Source: Zootoca vivipara
Taxonomy: Eukaryota
Reading direction: 5' to 3'
NCBI RefSeq assembly: GCF_963506605.1
Contig: NC_083280.1
Span: 82,770,001-82,834,000 of the forward strand
DNA: 64,000 nt
Shown here: positions 38,012 to 50,000 of the stretch, piece by piece
Layout: each line of letters opens with the position of its first letter
How positions within the stretch are numbered: the first letter of the stretch is position 1
The notes under the pieces: generated by a model
What the model saw: the letters and a program-made list of their open reading frames with translations, nothing else
Databases searched by the model: none
What the model was told of the DNA's origin: nothing
Program-made: the position numbers and the translations under genes

Positions 38012-41000
38012 ATTATTATTATTATGGCACATGAAGGCTACCATTTTGTCTCCATTTATTTCCCCACTAGCAAATCGGTGAATCGTCTCCATTCTGCCAT
38101 TGTGTTATGAACACTTTCATATGTCAGGATTGTGTCTTAACCACACATAGTGGGTGATTGGTGATTCTGAACCAGTAACACACAGTTTTTCTATGTGTTG
38201 TAGTGCTCAACACCAGGGCCGTCTGAGTTTGGACCTTAGTCACAAGCACTCTAGTGAGTGTTCTGACAACTCACGCACAAGGTCATCGCATGGTTCAAAT
38301 TCACTGCCTTCTAGTGCAAGACTTGGTAAGTGGCATTTCAGATTGGGCAATGCAGGCCATTTCTTTCCTTCCTAAGTCTGTGCAATTGAGGAAAAAATAT
38401 TCGGTTTTCTATCTAGCTGTTGCTGCAAGATTCAGACTCTGTTCTCTGTCTTTGGTCACTCAGAGACAGCCTTTCAAGGCCTAGGGATTCTCATTTGATG
38501 GTCCAGCAGTAGTCTGACATCATCGTTTTGTCCCATCACCCTTGATAACGCTCTTCCATTGTCTTCAGGTCTTGATGAAAGTGCTCTCCCTGTTCATCAC
38601 TGACTGCCCCAAGGTTTTTGGGGAATTGATCTAGGTGACTGTTCAGGAAATGGAACTTCAAACTCATATTGCACCCAAGATTGTGGAAAGCCAAGAACTT
38701 TTTTTAAACTACAACCTCATAGCGGTCTGCTTTTTTGTTGCCAAGGAAGTTTTTGGTAACTGCCACGAAAGACTGCCACGCTTTCTTCTCTTTGCCATTC
38801 ATCTTCCTGACAAATTCCTCATCTCGAATAAGGGCACGAATTTGAAGTCCATCGAACACACCTGCTTTGATCTTCTTGAAAGACATGGTGGGGAAAGCTG
38901 CAACTATATGTTGAATATATTTACCTTCAGTATTTAATGCCTTCACAAACTGTTTCATTAACCCATCTTTATGGTTGACTGTGACATGGAAGGAGGAATT
39001 CTGGATTTGATTCTGAGATGGGTTTAAAAGAATTACTTTGGAGTTTGAAAAGTGACATAGGAGGTAAGGATGAGATCTTGCAGATTTATTATAACGAATC
39101 AGGATGTCATAAGCCAATATTTACTTCAAGGCTGAACATATAGCTGTCCGTATTTGACATAGGAGACATGAAAAAAGATGGCTTGATGAAACAGTTTGCG
39201 AAGGCATTAAATACTGAAGGAAAATGTTTTCAAATACAAGTGCTAATTCTTACCTGAATAACAGCAGCTGGTCTATACTGTATTCCAAGGGAATACATTT
39301 TTTTTTGCATACCTTCAGCTGTACATAGATATACATGTCATTTGCAATGCTATACACGTCATGTTCAATGCTATATAAGTCACTTACATTTATAATCATA
39401 TTGTACTACTTTGGCTCTGTGTTTAATAAAATATTGAATTCTTGCATTGCGAAAAACGAAGATTATAGTGAAAAGTGAAAAACACGAATTGCAAAAAAAA
39501 CAAACACCTAGAGCTTACAGAACAAAACCAAATTCAGCTATGAAATCAGCATGTTGAAATTAGGTTAGAACAACTGCAGGTGTCAATGCAACAAAAATTT
39601 TGTTCCCCAGTGACGGTGGTTCACTCACTGCAAGAAGCAAAGCTACAGGGAACCAGGCAGAGGGCCTTCTCAGTAGTGGCACCCGCCCTGTGGAATGCCC
39701 TCCCATCAGATGTCAAAGAGATAAACAACTACTTGATGTTTAGAAAACATCTGAAGGCAGCCCGGTTTAGGGAAGTTTTTAATGTGTGACATTTTAATGT
39801 ATTTTAATCTTTGTTGGAAGCCACCCAGAGTGGCTGGGGAAACCTAGCCGGATGGGCGGGATACAAATAATAAATTATTTATTTAAGAAAAGATGTCCCC
39901 CGTGTGATTGATATATCTCCATTTAACTACCAGAGGATGCAGTTAGATTTTTCTCTGTAATAATAAAGCTTGTTCCAGAGGACCACTTTATATTGCTACA
40001 GCAGAAATCTTGCAGATCTCTTGTGGAATTCAGGGCCTAAAGGAGTTTATCTTATCTTCTTAATCCTGACTCCTTTTCCTTTTCCTTTTAAAGTAGGTTC
40101 TTCCAGCAACTTGCAATATAGGACAGAACGAATAAAAATACCATGGACGCCAAGATACCCGAGGTCCGTCATTGGCTCCGATAGGGGTAATTTATTTATT
40201 TATATCATTTCTTTCTTGGGAATTACTACATGAATGGAGAGTTCTGCGTTCCAACTAGTAGATTTTTGTCAATGTTTAGAGCAGGGAACCCTCCCACCTT
40301 TGGTGGGCCCCCTGGGCTCACATTTGGAAATCTTGGAAACTGGCATGGGCACCACAACATAGCCATTTTGTAGAAAAAAAACACAATAATTGGATGAGAA
40401 AAGCCTCCTCCCCGAAGCACCAGGTAAAACACCCATGCATGCCCCCTTAACAAATACAACACAGGCACAAAGGGAGGTGACCCCCAAATTAAAAAAACAA
40501 ACAAACCAGACCCTAATTTATTTATTTATTTTTAATTGAGAGGGTTAGGAAGGGGGGCTCAAGGGGGAGTCTGAAGGTACCACGGTGCACATTGGGCAGT
40601 CCATGTTTTGAGCAAGGACATGCCCCCATCCCATATATCTAATGCATGGATATTAAAAACGTTCTCTCTACCCCCTCAACCTCTCAGTGTTAGTATGAAC
40701 CCACCCCACCCCCCCCAAAAAAATTCATTGGAGCATTTATTATTTTATTTTAAATTTATTCATTTGGTTTTTCAGATAATAATTTTACAGTCACATGTAC
40801 AACATAGAAACAAGATTCCAGAGAATCTCCTGGACTTCCCTCCTCCCCTTTGTGGGTCCTATTGTTAATCATTTACTCCTGCATCTTTTTATGATAATCC
40901 AAATCTTTTACCTCTCCATTGTGACCAAAATTCATCTTTAAACTACAAGTGGTATTCCAATCCTATTAACTGTTTACAATGGTATTTAAGACGAGTTAAA

Positions 41001-44000
41001 AAATTTCCCCATTTCCCATCATATCCTAGTGGTGGGGTAGTCTTTAAATGGCGCACATACTTTAACATTTAGGTGTTGTTGTTGGAAGCCCACTATTAAA
41101 ACACTTGGAAGCCAATGTAAAGTAACGGTGTGACTTCCCCGATAACTTTTGCAACACATCCAACTGCCATGGCTGCTCCTGTACTGTTCTATACAGGTTC
41201 ACTGTCTCATTCCGAATGTAGCAGCCCCAGCCTGGTAACCCCACCGCAGTCACCGCTTAACCTGGAGACCTCATCCTTCGCCAGTAGCCAGTCACAGAAC
41301 TCGCTTTCCACCTTGCCCAGGATCTCAGTGAGCCCAGTATCTGTAGGGCAACGTCGAAAAGACAAGTAAGTTATTCTGTAAATGTCTTAGGTAGGGCTAG
41401 TTAAAATAGTGGTTAAATGTATAAATGGGGAAAAAATAGCAAGAGAAATGGGGGAAATGTGCTAAGCACAGACACTGCAGCCTTCTAGACCAGTAGCATT
41501 CAGCCTCTTTTCAAGCTGGGACTTGCCTTTGACCCCAGTCTGCAAAATTTGACTGATTGTCTCCCACCCCACCCCATCCCAGTCCCTACTATCTATGATA
41601 CCTTTCTGCTCCTCTTTTCCATGTCCCCTGGCTGTCCTTGTGCCCGCAATCTTTCTGCTTTGCATTCTTTTTTCTTAAAAAACTGAGAAAAGTGGCAAAG
41701 GTGTGGGTTGGACCCCTGGTGCAGCCCACATTAGGGTGGCCAAGATGTTGAGGGCCAATGTTCCAGAGAACAGTCCCTCCCAGTCCCTCCCAGGACTGAA
41801 CAGTCCCTCCCAGTCCCTCCCAGGACTGAAGAAGTGTGCATGCACACGAAAGCTCATACCAAAATAAAAACTTAGTTGGTCTTTAAGGTGCTACTGAAGG
41901 AATTTTTTTTATTTTTCCTCCCAGAAAAGTTACAGGTGCCAGGTCACATGGATGTCCCCATTCTGGTAGCAAACACAACAAGGAATATGTTAACAGTTTA
42001 CATAGGTTTGCTTCATGATTGCGCTTGAATTGACTGTTCCATTTTGGAGATTCTTTCACTTAACAGCACATGGCCAGTATGATGAGCCAAGGCATGCGCC
42101 TAAATGGAGAGAAGAGAGAGAATTGCAGGGGGAGGGGGCTGCTTCTGAATGAAGACATATGTGTGTGCGACCTTTAATTCTTGCAGGGTTGAACAGCATG
42201 TGAAGAAGCTTCACTCTTGTGCTGTAGAAAAGAAGGACCGCAACCAGGGCATTCCTGCCTTTATTGCGGTCAAAGGATAGGGTGACCAGTGATCCATGCA
42301 TAATCCATTGCAAATAAAACAATTTCTGGGTAGCGGAAGGGTGAATGGCAGTAGTACAATCTGAACTGTGATGACACCCCTTTCTGTGACACATGAAACA
42401 AAAAGGTCTGGCAACTCTGAATCATAGAGTTGGAAGAGACCACAAGGGCCATCCAGTCCAACCCCCTGCCAAGCAGGAAACACCATCAAAGCATTCCTGA
42501 CAGATGGCTGTCAAGCCTCTGCTTAAAGACCTCCAAAGAAGGAGACTCCACCACACTCCTTGGCAGCAAATTCCACTGTCGAACAGCTCTTACTGTCAGG
42601 AAGTTCTTAATGTTTAGGTGGAATCTTCTTTCTTGTAGTTTGAATCCATTGCTCCGTGTCCACTTCTCTGGAGCAGCAGAAAACAACCTTTCTCCCTCCT
42701 CTATATGGCATCCTTTAATATATTTGAACATGGCTATCATATCACCCCTTAACCTTCTCTTCTCCAGGCTAAACATGCCCAGCTCCCTAAGCCGTTCCTC
42801 ATAGGGCATCGTTTCCAGGCCTTCGACCATTTTGGTTGCCCTTCTCTGGACACGTTCCAGCTTGTCAGTATTCTTCTTGAACTGTGGTGCCCAGAACTGG
42901 ACACAGTACTCCAGGTGAGGTCTGACCAGACCAGAATACAGTGGTACTATTATATCCCTAGATCTAGATGCTATACTCCTGTTGATGCAGCCCAGAATTG
43001 CATTGGCTTTTTGAGCTGCTGCATCACACTGTTGACTCATGTCAAGATGTGATCTACCAAGACTCCTAGATCCTTTTCACATGTACTGCTCTCAAGCCAA
43101 GGTGTCACCCATCCTGTATTTGTGCCTTTCATTTTTTATTTTTTATTTGCCCAAGTGTAGTACTTTACATTTTTCCCTGTTAAAATTCATCTTGTTTGCT
43201 TTGGCCCAGTTGTCTAATCTGTTACGGTCATTTTGAAGTGTGATCCGGTCCTCTGGGGTATTAACCACCCCTCCCAATTTGGTGTCATCTGCAAACTTGA
43301 TCAGGATGCCCTCAAGCCCATCATCCAAGTTGTTTATAAAGATTTTGAATAAGACTGGGCCCAAGACAGAACCCTGTGGCACCCCACTAGTCACTTCTCT
43401 CCAGGATGAAGAGGAGCCATTGATGAGCACCCTTTGGGTTCGGTCAGTCAGCCAGTTACAAATCCATTGAATGGTAGCATTGTCTAGCCCACATTTTACT
43501 AGCTCCTTTACAAGAATATCATGGTGCATCTTGTCAAAGGCCTTGCTGAAATCAAGATCCACAGCGTTCCCTTCATCTACCAGGCTTGTGACTCTCTCAA
43601 AAAATGAGATCAGATTAGTCTGACATGACCTATTTTTCAGAAACCCATGCTGACTTTTAGTGATCACAGCATTCCTTTCTAGGTGCTCACAGACCGTTTG
43701 CTTAATGATCTGCTTTATAATCTTTCCTGGTATTTATGTCAGGCTGACTGGGCGGTAATTGTTTGGGTCCTCCCTTTCCCCCTTTTTGAATATAGGGACA
43801 GCATTTGCTCTCCTCCAGTCTGCTGGGACTTCGCCTGTTCGCCAGGAATTCTCAAAGATAACTGCCAGTGGTTCTGAAATCACCTCTGCCAGTTCTTTTA
43901 ATACTCTTGGATGTAGTTCATCTGGCCCTGGAGACTTGAATACATCTAAACTAGCCAAGTCTTCTTGTACTACCTCCTTACTTGTTCTGGGCTAGGTTTC

Positions 44001-47000
44001 TCCTGCTGAATCATCTGCTCCAAATTCTTCAGGTCGGGCATTGTTTTCTTTTTTGTTGAAGACTGAGGCAAAGAAGGCATTGAGGAGTTCTGCCCTTTCT
44101 TTGTCCCCTGTTTGCATTTCACCATCTTCTCCTCTAAGTGACCCCACTGTTTCCTTGTTCTTCCTTTTGTTACGGACATACCCATAAAAGCCCTTTTTGT
44201 TGCTTTTAACCTCTCTAGCAAGCCTGAGTTCGTTCTGTGCTTTAGCTTTTCTGACTTTGTCTCTACACGTGCTGGCTATTTGTTTGAATTCCTCTCTGGT
44301 GGTTTCCCCCTTTTTTCCATTTTTTGTACATATCCCTTTTAAATCTTAACTCATTTAAAAGTTCTTTAGATAGCCACCCTGGCTTCTTTAGGCACCTTCC
44401 ATATTTCCGTCTCATTGGTATTGCCTGAAGTTGTTCTTTTAATGTTTCCCTTTTAACAAACTATCTGCCCCATCCTTTCTGCTTGAGGGATAAGTATGAT
44501 AAGATGTTAGTGTTGTGGTGAGTATATATATATATTCTGTACTTAAGGTTAAGCAGGTGCTATGTAAACTCATGGCAGTTTCACAGACTCCCAAAGGAGC
44601 TGACTGCATCTGAGCAAAGCTTTTCCAGAGAATATGAAAGATTCTTACATGACAAAATTCGGAATCACAGAGACTCGCCTGTCATCACACTGAGCAAAGG
44701 CAGTGATGTCCCTTTCTATGCATGACCAAATCTGTGAAGCTCCCATTCAGAGCATTGAAAGGCGCATGGAGGGACAGAAGTAGCTTACAGATTGGTGGAT
44801 TTTTGGAGCATATTCATTAATCTGTGAATGGGTTGGCTGGTCGTCTTCCCCAGCTCCCCAACCCCCCAATAATAATGGAGGAAGGTGCCATATATACCAA
44901 GGGCTGGGTCGTACATGAGGCTAGAGCGTTTGGGGCTGCCAATGGACTCTCATCCAGACCAACTGACTGTAGTAGAGGCTTCTATCACCGGTCACAAGAG
45001 TATTATCATCATCATTCATTGCAGCCCTGTCTGCTACTCTCACAAAAATAATACTTTGGAAATAACGTTTATAAAGCACACCCCTCTTTTTTCATTTTGT
45101 TTGCCAAAAAAGAACCTATGCAAAGACTGTTTTGCCCAGAAACCAGGCCAGGTCTGGCTTCTCTGGCTTGCGCAGCTCATGCATGTGTTTATCGTGTACT
45201 CTATTCACTATGTTTATTCTTCGTACAAGAGTGCCCACAAGAGTACAAGTGCCTTGGAGCTGATATCAGGAGTCCGTGGTTAATCTTGCACCTTGGCGCG
45301 AAGGGGGAATTGGAGTAGAAAGCCAAACAATTTGCTGGGAGCTGTCACCCAACCACCCACTGAGTGGACACTTCCCTGTGCAAACAGCAAGATGGCTGAG
45401 AAAGCTGCGGCTTCCTTCCCTACCAATAATGGAAGTTTAGCCCAGGGTTTTGCATGCCTGAAACTACCCAAAGTCAAGAGGTTGGGGGCCTTGGTGCCAT
45501 ATGCAGGTGAACGGAGCATGCATCGCAGCCCTAGCAGTTGTCAGTCCAACAGTTGACACAAACCAGGGTTGAGCTGCGTTTGGTAGGAAATTGGTACCAG
45601 GGCTTGACTTGCACTTTTCATGGGGCTTGATTTCTGGTCTCAATTTAGTCTCTGTTGTTACTATCTCTCTTTCTAAGTGTTTCTTCTTCTCTTTTCTGCA
45701 CCCCTCTGCATCTTTCAGATATTTGTTCCGTAATAGGTCTTTTCTGAGAATCCCTGTGGCTCCTAGGCCAAGGTTCTGTTCACTAAGGAGTTTGAGGTTG
45801 GCTTGATATAAAGGTTGTCCTTCTCAAGCAGTATTTGCGCACCTTCCCTGTGCTATTTACATGTTTGGATAATTCCCCCCAAAGGAAAAGTTGCATGGTA
45901 ATTGCAATCCTACCATGCAAGCTGCCATTTTTAATGGCTTGACCATTTTTAATGGTTTTTTTTTTACAGCTGCTTAATTTTCATTGACTAATGTTGTGTT
46001 CCCTGCATACAAATATTAAATATTGGTATTGTGCTTTCCTTGTTCTTGCCTTCCCATGTTATATTTATGTTTGTTGCCTCTTAAGGATCTCACATTTCTT
46101 TGTAAATTGGCGTAAGGCTTCCTTCTGAAACATTTTCTAAAATGCATATTATATATGTTCGCTTACCTATATATAATATGGATAAAGATGTGTTTTGTTT
46201 CAAACTCATCATTTAATTTCTACTTTTTGTGTTTTAATTTTCTCCCCTCCCTTTTTGTTCTTATCTCTAAATGCATTTAAAATGTTCGTTTTAATTGATT
46301 TGGCCACCATACATTGCATGATGGTGTTAAGGGAATGCTGCTGCTTGCAGCATTTCTGTTTTTAAGGCGGTCTTCTGCTTTTAAGGGTTAGGGTGGGAAT
46401 GAGTAGTGCATGTCTTTAATGTAATTTGTTCCGTTTTGTGTGGGGTGTCCATGGTTTGATGGTTCCTCCTCCTCATTTCCTCTCGAAGGCCTTATATGGA
46501 AGAACCGCGGCATGTCAAAGTGCAGAAGGGCTCAGAGCCACTAGGAATCTCCATCGTATGTGGTGAAAATGGTGGGATCTTTGTCTCTAAAGTGACTGGT
46601 GGCAGCATCGCCCATCAGGCTGGACTTGAATATGGTGACCAGTTACTGGAGGTAAAGGTTTTCTGACCTTTGTAAGCTGACCAATGCTATTTTTACACCA
46701 GGGGCAGCTTGCTCCGAATGGTTTAGATGCTGGCATTTACAAATTGCCAATTTTATTTGCGGATCAACTTGCTTTCATAAACAGAATGGATATCACAATA
46801 TACTTAGTGTGTTGCTATTTCTACATTAGCCTGAAATTGCCACCTACAAACACAGGAAATGAGCCAACCTGGGGAAAACAGGGATTTGGGTCTGTATCAC
46901 CCATTGGAGGAGCTGCAACCCGCTCTGGGTCCCCAATGAGTATTCCTGCATGTTAACACACATTTAGAAATATGCATTGCCACATTCACACATTGCACTT

Positions 47001-50000
47001 TTGAATTAAGCTGTAATGTGAGAATCCTAAAAGATTTTTTTGGGGGGGAGCTTCCTTTGACTTACCCTCTTGCTAAATTGTCTAGCATGTTTGCAATAAA
47101 ATTTCACTACATTGCTGTTTTGGATGCCTAAAAGAAGAGCATGGGGGTCCCACAAAGTTGTTACTCATATTGGCGTAATCCAACAGGAGGAAACAAAGCC
47201 AGTCAAATTGTCATCAGTAGTGCTCATCCTCTTTCACTCGCCTATTCAGCCTTCCAAATGTATGAGGTTGGCTACTGGATCAAACTTTTCGGCCTGGACA
47301 AATGTTCAAAGAGCACCTATTTGGATCAGAGGGATTGCCCACAAGGCTTGTGTTTCCACACACAATTGAATTTACTTAAAATTTAAAGGTTAATTAGTCT
47401 TTGGTATCCCACCAGCCTCAGAACATAGCTAATCAAATGTGAAACGCATTTACTTCCTTGTATGTGTGTTTAAAATGTTTCTTAATGTAAAAAGCTGGGT
47501 TTTTTATTTTTAAAAAAATACTATTTAGGAAAACTTTTCTATACTTTATTACAGGCACCCCCAAACTGCGGCCCTCCAGATGTTTTGGCCTACAACTCCC
47601 ATGATCCCTAGCTAGCAGGACCAGTGGTCAGGGAAGATGGGAATTGTAGTCCAAAACATCTGGAAGGCCGAAGTTTGGAGATGCCTGCCTTAGTAGGTCA
47701 GCAAATTACCCACTTACAGGTCAAATTGTCAAGATTTTATGATGGCATTGATTTTTTCTTCAAAGTGGTAATTGAATAATATAGAATCAGTTATGGCATT
47801 CCTATCCACCCTGACTTGAACTTGAATATCTTGCACTACAGATCCAATAAATCGGGGTGGGGGGATCAAATTTCAGAAAGCAATATGAAGTTAAATGGCG
47901 AAATCTATACTTATTTCATCAGCGGGAATGTGCTGCTGAGTGCATGTGTCTTCCTCCTTCTCCTCCCACAGTTTAATGGAATAAATCTGCGGAATGCTAC
48001 AGAACAGCAAGCGCGGCTCATCATCGGACAGCAGTGTGATACCATAACTATTCTAGCACAATACAACCTGCACATGTTCCAACTTGGCAATCACTCACGA
48101 TCAAGGTAAGATTGGTTAGACCTTATCCAGGTTGGCCTACGCCGTGTGAACTGATAGTTTTTGCTTTCTCGGATCAGGCATCTGGAGGTTGGCAGATAGC
48201 TGTAATTGTTAAGCTTCCTTAGTTGTGGTTTGCTATGATGTCTGAATTGAACCACTGCAAAATAGATACTCTCCCTGAGGACGACTGGTGGGAAGAGGGC
48301 ATATTGTTTTCCATGTCAACAACCCCAGGTTGAACCTCCTTATTGGGTGTAAAAACCAAGAGCCAATCACAACACTTGTCTGAAGCAGTAAAAGGGTGTG
48401 CAGGGGAATGGGATTCTTGACAGCAAATTTATATGTTACACAAGAAACACATGTATTTTTAGGTATCTCTCACCTGTTTTGGAATCCAATTAACATGAGC
48501 AGATTCCATCCCACCAGCATCCAGTACATTCTACAGAGCTGCTGCCATCTACACCAACCAACCCTTGCTTGTCCAGGTTGCCGCAGTTGTGCCTTGCTCA
48601 TTCTGGGACCAGCTGCTTTTGTCTGCTGGGGGAGAACAGCTGATCCCAGTATAAGCAAGATGCCAGTCACTGCAGCTGCTAGCCAGGACCAGGATAGATC
48701 TATATTCTATAGGCAGCAGGGGCAGCCATCCTTAAGCTTTTGGAGCAGGTTGTGGGATGAAAATCTAAGCACCCATTTGAATATCTAAATATCTGAAACT
48801 GTTCAGATATAATGCAGTTGATCAGCTTTTAATTTTTCTGGTATTCTTCTTCCTTCCTCTAACTTTAGCTCTCGGCTAGAACCCGTGAGCAGCCATTCCA
48901 CTCCACAAGGCAGCGGAGCTGCAACCCCTGACAGCCATTCCATAATTGACACTGTGAGCGAACAGGATGAAGGGACCATGACGCCTCCATCCAAGCAGAC
49001 CACCCCAACCACCAGTCCCCGCAATTCAATCAGGTAACCTGCTTCCTCATTTCACTTCATGAAGATTCTCTCTCTGTCTGCATCTTTGAGGTTGGACAGC
49101 TGCCCTATATTCTAGGCTGACTCAAGGGGAATAGGGTTGAAAGCTGAGCGCCAGATTTGAAAGCAAAGGCTCCACTTCTGCAAGGAGCTTGGTCCTTACG
49201 TTGCCCTTCTCTGGAGCCAAGCAATTTAGCACGAGGGAGTTGTTAGGAATCATTCTAAAAAAAGAAACAGAAAAGATGTGTAGTAGCTTTAAGAACTGTG
49301 TCTGGTAAGTTCCGTGTTCTGTTTGGTTGTCATGAGCGCTGATGGAACGTTCCTTTGTATACAGAGAGACAAGTCTGTCTTGATTTACGCTTGCTGTAAT
49401 AAAACCTTGTTAAAGTCTAGTCTCACTGCTTCGTGAATTATCTGTTCGTTCTCTGCCACATAAAAAGCCGCTACCCAATAGGAGTGGGAGTTCCCAGGAG
49501 GAACACTGAATTTGGATCCATGGTGGCAGTGCTATTTTTCTTGAAAAACAGGTGCTGGAACTCACCATGAATGCCTCCCTTATTCTTTTATAATGGCGGG
49601 GTGCACACCCGAGAGGTGCTGGTACTGAGTTCTGGCAAGTTCTGGCTGGGGGAAAAGCCCCGCATGGTGGAAAGGAGTCGATTCCTTCCTGCCAAATAAT
49701 GCCACAGAGAACTCAAATTGGGGCAGCTGGGACATCTTTGGGGCCTCTCTTGCTGAGAGCTAGCAAGGGAACAGGAGTTAAGGGCTGGCTGGAGCTGAGG
49801 GTATGGATGAGCAGGGTCTGATGAGGATCAGTTTGTCAAACAAGCCTTGGGTGTCTTCTCTTTGTCTCTTGCCATTGAAAGGAATTCTGTAGACACCAGC
49901 AAGAGGACACCTGAACCTAGAACAGTTACCATTAAGAAGTCCCAAGTGGAACTCGGAATCCAGATCTGTGGTGGAAACCTGCATGGTATTTTTGTGTCCG

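Noticed and set aside
35492-44460. RT ORFs as possible functional or domesticated genes
   Set aside because: All are truncated and frameshifted LINE debris.
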